A stretch of DNA of 64,000 nucleotides from Octopus bimaculoides. Taxonomy: Eukaryota. Position numbers and translations under genes: made by a program. Shown one piece after another: positions 51,791 through 64,000 of the stretch. Below the pieces are notes generated by a model, which saw nothing but the letters and a program-made list of their open reading frames with translations, was not told where the DNA came from and ran no database searches. The DNA lies in NCBI RefSeq assembly GCF_001194135.2, contig NC_069005.1, forward strand, positions 20,765,988 through 20,829,987. Reading direction: 5' to 3'. Numbering within the stretch: position 1 is the first letter of the stretch; each line of letters begins with the position of its first letter.

Positions 51791-52611
51791 GATAATTTTT
51801 GATGCTGCTTTTCTTGCAGTTGTAGTAATTGTCAGTTAATATTCCATGTGAAGTAGTTTCGATTCTCTCACGGAACACCGTTTAAAATGATTCCACGGTG
51901 GATGGAAGTTGTTGTAAGATGGTGTTGTTTGTTATTATCGTTATAATAAACCTGATGGTTTAGCCATTGTCTGTCTCCATTCTAAGATATCCTTCCGTAA
52001 GGTTCTTCGGTGACAGTTGCCGAAAGAAACCGTCTGTCTTTCTGAATAAGAAAATACACACCAACAAATGGTGTTCGTATTTAGTGGGATGGAGAAAAAG
52101 AGAGATAGAGATGAAGAAAGGTAGATAGACAGAGAAAGACCAAGTTGAATGAGGTATATATAATTATACACATACACACTCACAGTCAGAGTGGAAAAGA
52201 TGTGGATAGAAAGGTAGATGTACAAATAGAGTTTGAATGAAATACAGAGAGATACAGAATGACAGGTATGGAAAGATAAAGATAAATAGAATGGGTGTAT
52301 GAGAGAGGCAGATTGATGTATAATAAAGCCTGACGAAGTCAGATTAATTGGAGAGAATGGGAGGGACTGAAAGTGGGAGTTCGAGTGGAAGAGACAGGTG
52401 ATAGAAAAGGTTGAAATAGAGAGAAGGAGTAAGAAAGGAGAGACAGACAGAAAAGAAGAAGAAGAGTAACAGTAGTAGGATATGACCACAACGTGGGCGG
52501 AGGGAGAGTCAGGGGAGTGGGAGAAAACGAGGGTCAGGAGAGAGAGGGAAAGGGAGAGCGAACAAGAAAGTGCGGGTTTGTGAGCATTTTAGAGTGAGAG
52601 AGGGGATGAGA

Positions 52612-52655
<44 letters not shown>

Positions 52656-53699
52656 AGAAACGACGTCAATATTGTGGGCGGAAGAAAAAAGGGAGATAGG
52701 AATACAGTGTGTTTTGGGCGAAAGAGAGAGAGTGAGTATTGGAGTGAAAGGAGAAAAGAAGAGAAAGAAATAACAAAGACTAGTAGTAGGTAGAGGAGGG
52801 GAGGGATAGTTAATGTGTAACAGCGGAGGGAAGAGGAAAGTGAAAGAGAGAAGAATGACAAAGAGTTGCGACAGCAGGAAACACTGTTAGTATAAGCGTA
52901 GGTGGGAGAAGGGAAAAAGAGAAGGAGAAGGATAGATCAGAGGGTGGAAGTACAACCGCCGAGGGAGGCGGGAAAGAATGTGGGTGGTGAGAAAGAAGCG
53001 TTAGGAGGAGAAATATTACCTGATAGAAAAAACAGAAAGCATAAAGCGAGGGGGAGAGAATTAAAAAGACTAAAAATAGGCTTGAGTAGGAGGATTGTCG
53101 AAAATGAAACTAGAATGAATGAAAAAAGAGAGAGAGATAATAGAATTGAGATCGAGGAAAGAGGGTGATTTATTTTCAGGTCTAAGATAGAGAGAAAGAG
53201 ACAAAGAAATGGATAGGGGAAGACAGAAGGAAGAAGGCTAGGTGGATGAAGAGGATAATAGCGTATCAAGATAGGGAAAACAAAACAGAGAGGAAGAAAG
53301 AACAGGAGAAAGAAAGAAGAAAAGGAAGGAGGAATAGTGTCTGACAAAATTGAAGAAATTAAAAGAACGAATGACAAAAGCTAAGATGGAGAAAAGGAAA
53401 GAAGAGGTCTGAGAGAAAGAGAGAGAAATTAGGACAGAATGCGAGAAATAAATTGAGAAAAAGACAGAGAGAAAATTTGTGAATTTACTACTGTAAGAAG
53501 GATGAAAAAGAAAGAAGAGGTGAAGCAAAACAAGCGGAGAGGGGGTGAAAGGATGCGATGGTAAGAGTGAGTAGCACTAGTAGAGAGATAGATAATTAGA
53601 AGCATTGTGAGTGGGAGACAGGTTAAGTAAGGAAGAGTCGAAAGAGAAAGAAAGGGAGGAAAAAGAAGTGGGAGGAAAATAGACGGAAACGTAGAGAGT

Positions 53700-53800
53700 G
53701 GGTGGTTTGAGAGATGACGTAACTAATTGGATAAAGTTGGTTGCTGGTTGCTATTAGCAACCACTGAGTAAGTCTGCGCATTGTAAATCGATTGGTTTAG
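53700..53800. promoter_or_regulatory. Promoter-like motif cluster: CRE/ATF-like site, two CCAAT boxes, RFX X-box-like palindrome
   Basis: TGACGTAA at 53715-53722; ATTGG at 53726-53730 and 53791-53795; GTTGCT-att-AGCAAC at 53747-53761. CpG looks more frequent over about 50.8-53.95 kb than elsewhere in the window (judged by eye). Confidence 0.45.
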
Positions 53801-54759
53801 TCTGGCTGTCGCAGAATTATTTTTTCTTTTATTTGTGTCTTGTTTTCTTTTCTGCGTTTTGGTTGATTAATTTGAAATATTTTAATTTAGCATTATCAAG
53901 GGAGGCGACTCGAAGACATACAATGTTAATGTTATTACCAAAGTATAAGTACGACGAGCGTTGTGAATGAGTAAAGAAGATGTACAGAGTAAATGTATCT
54001 AGTCACAGTGGGATTTGGCTTCATGCAAGGTGAAGTGAAGTGGAGTGCTCATCAACAGCTTGGAATAAGGATCACAATGATGGGTGAGCGGGATTTGATG
54101 AGCTGCAAAGAAAGTGAAACCGATCAGTTTGAAGTTGTCAATAAGTACCTCGTAGATCTAATATCACACTATAACTTAATGCATAGTCAGAATTCTGTAT
54201 ATATTTTATCAATATTTCAATAAACTTTATCATTTAAAAGTATGGCAGTTTATTCACAAGATATTTGTCTGTCTGACTCATTATTTACCTATCTGTCTGC
54301 TGTTTAACTATATTCCAACCAAACACATTTGTAACAAAGGAAGGCTTCTTTACATATTAGAAAATAATTTGTCACATTGATAGGGAAGGTGTTCATACTA
54401 TACAATAAATGGAAACATTCAAATGAAATAACATGACACACACAGAAAATCTTTGTTCGAAACTCAACATTTGAGCAAATTTTTACATATTCAGGCATCG
54501 TGGTGTGTTTCTTCAATCATTCCTGGTTGAATATACAGCTGTAAAAACAGCTATTAGGAGAGTGTACACTAAACTCAGCTCAAGACACTGAATTTTTGGC
54601 ACTCAATTTGGCTGTATTTGTAGGCCTCACTCATGGAAGTTTCTAGTCAGACTACCAAACTATCCTGTGAACAACAGCCGTTTGTTGGATAAAATCGTGG
54701 TTGTGCATATGATCGAATTGTGATTTCTATGTGGCAAAACGCTTGACTGAATCCAATTC

Positions 54760-55363
54760 TATACACACATCAGCTCTCTGGACACCAATATGCTCAGAAA
54801 AATACAGAAGAAAAAGGACATCCATAGACCATTGATCAGGAGTTTGCAAATCTGGTACCTAAGATGTGCCTTCAGTTTCATGCCTATCATTATCGGAGCA
54901 ACAGGACATACACCAACCAGTCTGGAGCAAAATATGGCTGAATTTGGGTTCTTGGGAAGAGAAAACAACCTAATTATTACATGACAAATGTAATAATTAA
55001 TTAATTATGGCTGAATTTGGGTTCTTGGGAAGAGAAAACAACCTAATTATTACATGACAAATGTAATAATTAATTATGGCTGAATTTAGGTTCTTGGGAA
55101 GAGAAAACAACCTAATTATTACATGACAAATGTAATAATTAATTAATTATGGCTGAATGTGGGTTCTTGGGAAGAGAAAACAACCTAATTATTACATGAC
55201 AAATGTANNNNNNNNNNTAATAATTAATTAATTATGGCTGAATGTGGGTTCTTGGGAAGAGAAAACAACCTAATTATTACATGACAAATGTAATAATTAA
55301 TTAATTATGGCTGAATTTGGGTTCTTGGGAAGAGAACACAGCTTAATTATTACATGACAAATG
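54760..55363 (+). mobile_element. 3' fragment of a restriction-like-endonuclease LINE whose terminal ~73 bp is repeated six times in tandem
   Basis: ORF 54790..54984 (RKIQKKKDIHRPLIRSLQIWY..FMPIIIGATGHTP) resembles the KE..Y..L / PIIIGALG tail of such elements. Units start at 54933, 55006, 55075, 55148, 55233 and 55306. Confidence 0.6.
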
Positions 55364-55601
55364 ATCCCAATATCTGGAAGAGTAAAAATCTGCAAGACCT
55401 TCTTGAAATTTAAAGGGTTGTCACAATTGTGTGTGGCTGAATGTATGCAGCAACACCTTGTGAACAATTAATAAACAGCTTGACTGCTCCAATGCCTTAG
55501 CCTCACCATTGAGGTAATGCTGTGAGCATGTTGCTTTGCCTTAGTAGGTTTTGTTAAACCTTGTGGTGTACAACCAATTGAAGCACATTGTGTTGAATTA
55601 A

Positions 55602-55822
55602 CTCTTTCGTTACCAACCAGGCTGAAACTGGCTCTGGCTCTGTAGTACAAATGTCTTGTTTTCATAAGTTCTAAGTTAAAATCTTCCACCAAGCCTTAGT
55701 CACAATTTAAGTTCTTAACACTAGCTTCATGATAACTGAGTTATTTTACTAAATTCTTTGTTATATTTAAAGTAATTGAAAGAAACATGGAGCATCTCAA
55801 AATAAATACAGTAACAAAAGGG
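55602..55822. mobile_element. Second piggyBac-type MITE family, degenerate
   Basis: TTAA|CTCTTTCGTTACC ... GTAACAAAAGGG; the right TSD is not retained. Confidence 0.5.
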
Positions 55823-56156
55823 CTCTCTGAACACCAACAGCCTCAGGCTGACTAAAGCCTTGTGAATGAATTTGGTAGACAGAAACTGAAAGAAGCCCAT
55901 ATGTGTGTCTGTGTTTGTCCCCCACTATTGCTTGATAATCGATGTTGTCCCCATAACTTAGCTGTTCAGCAAAAGAGACTGATAGAATAAGTGCTAGGCT
56001 TACAAAGAATAAGTCCTGGGGTCGATTTCTTTGACTAAAAAACCCTTTAAGGCGGTGTTCCTGTATGGCCACAGTCAAATGAATGAAATAAGTAGGAGAA
56101 TAAAAGAATATATAACACGTTATGTATATGATACATATATAATAAAAAAAAACACA

Positions 56157-56520
56157 TTAAAATACAAAGGATCCTCCGACTTTAATGCCCTTGCAATAGT
56201 ACTTCAGCCACTTCATGAAGGACCCATGGAAGTCCACCAGAGTGAAGGTGTCCAGGACCCTTTCTATAGCCTCCTTCATCTTCTCAATGTCTTCAAAACA
56301 ACTGCCCCTGAAGTTCTCCTTCAGCTTGGGGAACAAGCAAAAGTGGAAGAGAGCAAGGTCTGGACTATATGAAAGACGAGGAACAGTTTTGATGCTCATT
56401 TCTGTAAAGTAGTTTTTTTTACCAGGATTCTCGTCATTGAGCACTCTGGGAACAAATTTTGCACACAGTAAAACACAGTATTGATTTATAAAAAATGTTT
56501 AATATACTTTGTAGGTCCAT
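56157..56520 (-). mobile_element. Mariner transposase C-terminal fragment
   Basis: ORF 56157..56444(-) reads YSPDLALFHFCLFPKLKENFRGSCFEDIEKMKEA...GG, containing the YSPDLAP.D motif. Confidence 0.85.
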
Positions 56521-57081
56521 GGCTCAATAGTTAGAGTGTTAGGCTCACAATCATAAGGTAGTGAGTTTGATTCCCGGACTGGTTTGTGTCTTATGTTCTT
56601 GAGCAAGATACCTTATTTCATATTGCTCCAGTTCACTCAGCTGTAGAAGAGTGGCGATATCACTGGTGTCTAGCTGTATTGGTCTTTGCCTTACTCTTGT
56701 ATAACATTGTTGGCATGGAGAGTGGGAACTGGTATGCATGGGTGACTGCTGGCCTTCCATAAACAACCTTGCCTGGACTTGTGCCTTGGAGGGTAACTTT
56801 TTAGGAGCAATCCCATGGTCATTCATGACTGAAGGGGGATCTTTATCCTTTACATTGATAATATTGTTATAGGCTGGAATGCCCTTGGGCATAGGTCTTC
56901 TCTATCAAGGATGACCTGGGACTAAACATACACATTAAAATTTCATACCTAAAACTTGAACATTATTATCAAATAGGAGAGTACAAATATAAATGAAGAC
57001 AAGATTTAATTATTTAATTAAATAATTGTGATATTTATTTTACACAGGAAACAGAGATGGCAATTTTAATAATAATGTTAA

Positions 57082-57119
<38 letters not shown>

Positions 57120-57120
<1 letters not shown>

Positions 57121-57829
57121 TCTTTTTAAATTTTGGCACAAGGCCAGCAACTTTTGAGAGCAAGAGGGTAGTTGATGACATCAAACCTGGTGTTCAACTG
57201 GTACATATTTTATTGAGCCTGAAAAGATGAAAGGCAAAGTGGATCTTGGTGAAATTTCTACTGAGAATGTAAAGAGCAGGAAGAAATGTTGCTAAGCATT
57301 TCATCTGATGCACTAATGATTCTGTCAGCTTGCTGCCTAAATAATAATAATAATAATAATAATAAATATAATAACAATAATGGTTTCAAGTTTTGTCACA
57401 AGAGCAGCAATTTTGGGGGAGGAGATGAGGCGATTACATCGACCCCAGTTTTTAACTGGTACTTATTTTATCAACCCCCCGAAAGGATGAAAGGCAAAGT
57501 CAACCTCGGCGGAATTTGAACTCAGAGCATAGTGACGGCAAAATACCACTAAGCATTTTGTCCAGCGCGCTAATGATTCTGCCAGCTCTCTGCCTTATCA
57601 ATGATAATAATAATAATTCTTTCTATTATAAGCATAAGGCCTGAAATTTCAAGGGAGTAGGTAAGCTGATTACATCAATCTCAGTGTATAACTGGTACTA
57701 ATTTTATTGACCCTGAAAGGATGAAAGACAAAGCCAACCTTGGCAGAATTTGAACTCAGAATGTGAAGACAGACAAAAAGCCACTAAGCATTTCACCTGG
57801 CGTGCTAACGACTCTGCCAGCTTGCTGCT

Positions 57830-57869
<40 letters not shown>

Positions 57870-58240
57870 TAATGATAATCCTTTCTCTTGAAGGCACAAG
57901 GCCTGAAGTTTTGGGAGAACAGACTAGTTGATTACATTGACCACAGAACTCAACTGGTACTTAACTTATTGGCCCTGAAAGGATGAAAGCCAAAGTCAAC
58001 CTTGGTGGAATTTGAACTCAGAATATAGCGATGGGTGAAATACTGCTAAGCATTTTGCCCAGCATGCTAATTACTCTGCCAGCTTGTCACCATAATAATA
58101 ATTAACAATAATAATAATAATAATAATAATGATCCTTTCTGCTATAGGCACAAGACCTGAAATTTGGCGGGAGGGGACTAGTCGATTACATCAACCCCAG
58201 TGTTTCACTGGTACTTATTTCATTGACCCCGAAAGGATCA
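57120..58240 (-). mobile_element. Tandem stack of five SINE family B copies separated by (AAT)n
   Basis: Repeated ttggcacaagg..aactggtac..gaaaggatgaaaggcaaagtcaacctcggcggaatttgaactcaga..ctaagcattt..gattctgccagct units at about 57122, 57380, 57615, 57880 and 58130 (the last is truncated). Confidence 0.9.
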
Positions 58241-58249
58241 TAATAATAA

Positions 58250-59690
58250 GGGGGCATAAAAAAAGTGTGGGGTGATACCACTGAAGTCAGGTAGAATTGA
58301 TAAGACAGAAGGAATTATATTACCAGATGGGTAAATTATGGAGTAAATTGATGACGACAGGTATAAGTAATTAGGCATCCTAGAAACAGACTGAATGAAA
58401 GAGAAGAAAGTGAAAGAGCTGTTATCAAAGGAATATAAATAGGAACTGAAATTGGTGTTAAAGACAAAGTTAAGTGGTAGGAATAAGATACTGGCTGTCA
58501 ACACATGGGCCATTGAAGCTCTAAGGTAGAGTGCTGGTGTGATAGAGTGGAGAAGTGATGAACTTAAGGAGCTTGATAGAAGATCAGGAAAATGATGAAA
58601 TTATAAGGGGCCCTACACCTCCAAAGTAACATTGACAGAGTGTCTTTATTGTAACAGAAAGGAGGAAGAGGTTTCATTAGCTGTGATAGTCTGAGGAAAA
58701 TAATTTGGCAGGATATTTAAAGAATTCAAAAGAGAGATTGATGGCAGGAGTAAGAAAGATAAAAGTCCTAAGCAGTAATGAAACAAAGGAAAAGGGAGAA
58801 TTTAAACAAAACAAAAGGAATCATACCTTGAATAGACAGAGAGGGAAAAAAATGTATGGTCAAATTTTGCCTGAAACAGTTGACGTAGATAGGATCTGGG
58901 AATGGACTAGGAAAAGCAACTTGAAAGTCAAAACTGAAGCCCTTGTCTATGCAGTCCAAGAACAGGCACTGAGGATGAACTATGTCAAGTTCAATATTGA
59001 CAAGTCAGTGATTTTCCCACTTTGTAAGTTGTGTGGTGAAAAAGGTGAAACAACAAACCACATTATCAGGGAATGTAAGATGCTTGCACAGAAAGAGTAC
59101 AAGAGAAGGCACGACAACATTACCAGATTGGTTCACTGGAAGCTTTGTCATAAGTATGACACGAGCAGAAGTGAGAAATGGTATGAGCACCAACTGGAAA
59201 GGGTTGCTGAAAATGAACAATATAAGATCTTGTGAGATATGACCATCCAGTGTGACCGTCTTATTGTGGGTAGAAAACCTGACATTGTTGTCGCTGAAAA
59301 GATGAAGAACAACAAAGCAATTATTGTGGATACTGCTTCACCATGGGACACAGGGTGAATGAGAAGGAAAGTGAGAAAATTGAGAAATATCAGGAAGGAA
59401 ATTAGGAAACTAGGGAGAATCAGGCACTTAAAAGTGGCATCAATTGTGGTTGGCACACTGGGAGCAGTTAGTAAAAGATTGGATATATGGCTAGAGATGC
59501 TAGGAAATACCATCAGGACAAGACTGTTGCAGAAAACAACCTTGTTAGGAACAGCAAGGATTCTAAGGAAGGTGTTAGAAAGGTGAAGGAGAAGGAATGA
59601 ACCAAAGGACCTTCGGCCATTGGATATGACTTGCTCTTTTGGTATAGTGTTGGTATAACATGTCAGAGTAAAAGGGTCATGAATGATGAT
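58250..59690 (+). mobile_element. 5'-truncated non-LTR retrotransposon with restriction-like endonuclease (R4/Dong-like), inactivated
   Basis: ORF 58705..59235 has a CX2CX8HX4C knuckle (CKLCGEKGETTNHIIREC) and an RHD motif. After a TGA in place of W it continues DMTIQCD..RKPDIVV..IIVDTASPWD (PD..D nuclease). The C-terminus is IVVGTLGAV..LLQKTTLLGTARILRKVL. It is flanked by (TAA)n. Confidence 0.88.
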
Positions 59691-62358
59691 AATAATAATA
59701 ATAATAATAATAATACTGATGGTTTCAATTTTTGGCACAAGGCCTGCAAGTTTGGGGAGGGGATAAGTTGATTACATCAATCCCAGTGCTCAACTGGTAC
59801 TTATTTTATCGACTCCAAAATGATGAAAGGTAAAGTCAACCTCGGCAGAATATATGTAAAAATGTAAAGCTGGACAAAATGCCATTAAGCATTTTGCCCA
59901 GCATGCTAATGATTCTGTCAGCTAACCACCTTAATAATAATAACAACCATTACAATGCAGTAGAAGACAGTGGCTTTCATGGCTTCTGATTGGAAGTGTT
60001 AACATGTACATATTTTGTCTTGGTATAAAGGATGGGTTACAGCAAATATTCTGCTCAATTCCACAGATTTGCTTGTCAGTTGTTTGATATTAACCAGTTG
60101 AGCATGTCCCTTAGTGGCTCCTGATCATGAGCAGAAGTAATGGGGGGGGGAGCATCATAGCCATGTGTTGAGAGGAATTCTGTGGGGTTTGAATACTTCA
60201 TCTCTGGAAACATGGGTGTTTTGCTCGTCATCGTCAAACAACCCTTATCCAGGGACCTTTTGAATGGAATGAGCTACTTTATCTGAAGAAAATTCTAACA
60301 GTGCCTTACCTGCAAGGTCATATGGGTATATTGGGCTTCATATATTTGTACCCCAGCATCACTTAGATAGCATCCGCTGCTCACTCACACAATAATAATA
60401 ATTGTTTCTAATTTAGATAGAAAAATATAGCAGCAAGCTAGCAGAATTATTACCATGCCAAACAAAATGCTTAGCAGCATTTTGTTTGTCTTTGCTTTCT
60501 GAATTCAAATGCCTTCAGGTCGACTTTGCTTTCATCCTTTCGGGGTTCAATAAAATAAGTACCAGTTGAAAATTGGAGTCAATGTAATTGACTTAAACAC
60601 CACCACACACAAAATTGCTGGTCTTGTGCCAAAATTTGAAACCAATTTAGATAGAAAACCTGAAATTTTGAAGAGAGGAAGCTAGTTAATGAAATCAACC
60701 CTGGTGCTTGACTGGTTCTTTAGTTTATCAAACTTGGAGTGATGAAAGGCAAAATTAACCTCAGTGGATTTTGAACCCAGAACGTGAAGGTTTGGTGCTC
60801 TAGCGATTCTGCCAATCCATCCATCACTTTTTGATTTTCAACCTTTCAGCGGTTGAGTAAGACAAACTCAGCAAACAGGACATAAAATAACAACAACAAC
60901 AATTACGACAACAGCAAACTGCCACTTGTTTTCATTTTTGGTTTAAACATTTTCATTAATAAGAAAATTTCATTATACCTGCCCAAATAACATAAGAGTA
61001 CAAACAACCACACATCATTTCTATCATAGCAGCATCACTGAAACCCTTAAACACACACACATCTACTATAATACTAGCTTGTAATTTTTTTTATCATTTT
61101 GAAATAATAGTCATAATAAGGCTTTCTACTAAAGGCACAGTTCAGCAGTTTTGAGGGGAGGGAGCAAGTCTATTACAACGACCCCAAAAAATGACAAACC
61201 GTTCCATGCTTTGCTTGGTATTTATTATTTTATCATTATTATATATGTTCATATATATTATTTTATTATTGGTATTTTATTTTATCAACCCTGAAAGGAT
61301 GAAAAGCAAAGTCCATCTCTGTGGCATTTGAACTCAAAGGGTAAAGCTGGAAGAAAAGTTACTAAACATTTTAGCCAACACACTAATGACTCCACCAGCT
61401 TGCTGCCTTAATAATAATAAGAGTAATCCTTCTTGTTATAGGTACAAGGCCTGAAATTTTGTGGGAAAGGGGCCAGTCAATTATATTGACCCCAATGCTC
61501 AACTGGTACTTAGTTGGATACTGAGGTTCATGTAATTGACTAGCCCTTTCTCCCAAAATTCCAAGCCTTGCACCTATAGTAGATATCATCATCATCATCA
61601 TCATTATTATTATCATCATCAATTTGAGCTGGCAGAATTATAATATGCCAAACAAGGTTAGCAGCGTTTCTTCCATCTTTACATTCTGAGTTCAAATTCT
61701 GCCAAGGTCGATTTTGCCTTTCATCCTTTCGGTGTTAATAAAATAAGTACCAGTTGAGCACTGGGGTTCAATGTAATTGACTAGCCTTCTCCCATAAAAT
61801 TTCAGGCCTTGTGCCTGAAGTAGTAAAGATTATTTTTACTATAGCCAAATTATAATTAAATGATTCATTATAATAGCATGAATATGGATCTGTTAGTTTT
61901 GACAGTGAGTTTTCTAGTTATTTGATTGACTAAACTAGCAACTTGTTAACTTCACATTTAAGCGGCTGTGGATTCTGCAGACATGTGTATTCTTAATGTG
62001 TTCGCAGGCAGAAATAAACTATGGTAACACAATATGATAAAACGGGAATTTTGAATTATAGACACAAACCATGCATTGAGTTTCCATCTATCCACAAAGT
62101 TTAGGACAGCCTCAGGTTATGATAAAAGGCACATGTCCAGAACGGGACACAGTTGGATCAAAACTTAGAATCCCATAACTGTGAAGGGAAATTTTCAACC
62201 ACTGACTCATGTCTGCATTCATATAAAATGGTGTGAGTGTGTGTGTGTGTGTGTGTGTAATGTTTACAAGGATTTGTCCACAGTGTTGCTGTTTTAACCT
62301 CAAGACACACACTCAGATCAAATCACTTACAAAACAAATACATCTAAGGAAAAAATAT

Positions 62359-62391
<33 letters not shown>

Positions 62392-62797
62392 CATAAATAC
62401 AGACATACACACACATACATATATATACACATGCACATGCATATATACACATATATGTATGTATTATTGTTACAAAGAAAAGGTCAGCAGTGACTTCAAA
62501 GTTTTGGCTCAGTTGCCTGTCTGTTAAAGGCACCTGAGTCAAAACTTCAAAGTCTCTGTTAAACCTTTTCCTTATAAAAATAGGATGCGACTGATACTCT
62601 GCTTAAATGTATTGAGTAATCTGTCAATTAATGCATAACTGTGTATAAACCCAAATAATATGTGTATGTGTATGTGTGTGTGTGCATATCTATATATACA
62701 TACATACACACACACACATGCATACATATATATACACACACATACATATATACACACACAAACATACATATATACATACACACATACATATATTTAC

Positions 62798-62831
<34 letters not shown>

Positions 62832-63016
62832 TATATATATTCTTTTTTGGAATAGCATGTCTTGAAGCACACACACAAAGCTATAGATAATCATATAAAT
62901 ATTAGGGTGAAAATCCCTTTTGGTCAGAAAAGTCAAAGGCTCCTGAGCGTCCAATAATACTATCCATATCACGTCCTCACTTTGTTGTTTTTTTGTTTCT
63001 TTGTTATTGTTTTTTT

Positions 63017-63088
<72 letters not shown>

Positions 63089-63894
63089 TAGATAGATATA
63101 GATATCATAATCATCATCGTTTAATATCCATGTTCTATGCTGGCACGTGTTGGATGATTTGACAGGATCTGATGAGCTGAAGGACTGTATCACGTGCCAG
63201 TGTCTACTCTGGCATGGTCCCTACCTCAATCACTTTACAGTGTACACTGAGTGCTTTTCTCATGCTACTAACACTACTGGGAGTCACCATGTAGTTTGCA
63301 AGCCTACAAGACCCAAGGAGGGGCTTTATGCCAGCAGATGGAGTTAGAAGGGGTCAGGGAAGAGCTAGTTCTTGTAAAGGGAGCTGCATGTCTAAAAAGG
63401 ATTTATGAAAAGAGAGAAATGAAATCAGCAGTAACTGCAAAAAGATAAATAATGCAGATGTGGTGTCCAATTTGTAAGAGTATATGGGAGAGGGGAGGAG
63501 GAAGGAGAGAAGGAGGGGTTCATGGAATAGGGGAAGGGCAACGTCTGCAAGGATTGGTAGGGTTGGGTTGAAGGGTGCTTATATTGTGGAGGTAGAGGGA
63601 AGTAAGAAGAGAGTGACAGGATTGTAACCATGAGATGAGATGATGTTCATAGGAGGCATCACCACAACCTCATTTAATTCCATGACTAGATGAAAGTCCC
63701 TTGAGGATCAATGTGTCCAAATTTCTGGCTACTAATGTGAAACCACAATATTTGGAAATTACTTCTGATACCAAATATTATACACAAATATATTTGGTAT
63801 TTGTAATTACTGCTAAAGTATGGTTTCATGTCAATATCTGGGAATATTTTATACATACACACATACATATATACATACACACACAGAGATATAT

Positions 63895-63930
<36 letters not shown>

Positions 63931-64000
63931 GAAGTATATTTGCCACTTAAATGTTCAGAGATTTAACATTGCTTATATATATATACATATATATATATAC

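Larger units (their letters stand above)
2888..55217. other. Assembly gaps (N runs), most abutting (TA)n
   Basis: Gaps at about 2888-3114, 5051-5473, 6902-7555, 10603-10843, 17740-18292, 28260-28399 and 29735-30043, plus short gaps at about 30935, 35898, 37963, 39648, 46861 and 55208. Confidence 0.95.

Noticed and set aside
52100-53700. K/R/E-rich and F/L/S-rich ORFs (52902..53168, 52937..53377)
   Set aside because: Products of a purine-rich low-complexity tract; no domain signal.
53980-54170. Possible first coding exon of a divergent plus-strand gene (ORF 53993..54223)
   Set aside because: It resembles decayed RTE RT segments (VG..QG and EVV..YL motifs) and has no coherent exon chain downstream.
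54933-55363. Regularly spaced repeats resembling a CRISPR array
   Set aside because: Eukaryotic context, no unique spacers (whole units repeat) and no cas genes.

Overview
AT-rich animal genomic DNA that is saturated with microsatellites and retroposons and interrupted by many N gaps. The repeat landscape suggests an octopus scaffold, but that is inference and the taxon is not proven. Almost all ORFs in the supplied track are artefacts of microsatellites and gaps. Reading the minus strand by hand gives one real gene, a TMEM134 orthologue, with seven GT-AG coding exons (33165-32791, 30696-30641, 19858-19766, 8843-8767, 8639-8598, 4331-4278, 2726-2647). These join in phase to a 258-aa protein. 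A probable upstream exon near 51.1 kb could add a 40-aa N-terminal extension, and there is a promoter-like motif cluster near 53.7 kb. The rest is tRNA-derived SINEs, decayed LINEs (RTE, CR1, R4/Dong-like, I/Jockey-like), a Penelope-like fragment, mariner and hAT relics, and several small MITEs with intact terminal inverted repeats (TIRs) and target-site duplications (TSDs). I see no clear new multi-gene system. The most interesting unexplained structures are: (TAA)n-embedded R4/Dong-like LINEs with a tandem stack of SINEs; tandem arrays of LINE 3' segments; two compact hairpins, one of pri-miRNA geometry; long intronic inverted repeats; and a uORF whose stop overlaps the candidate start codon.
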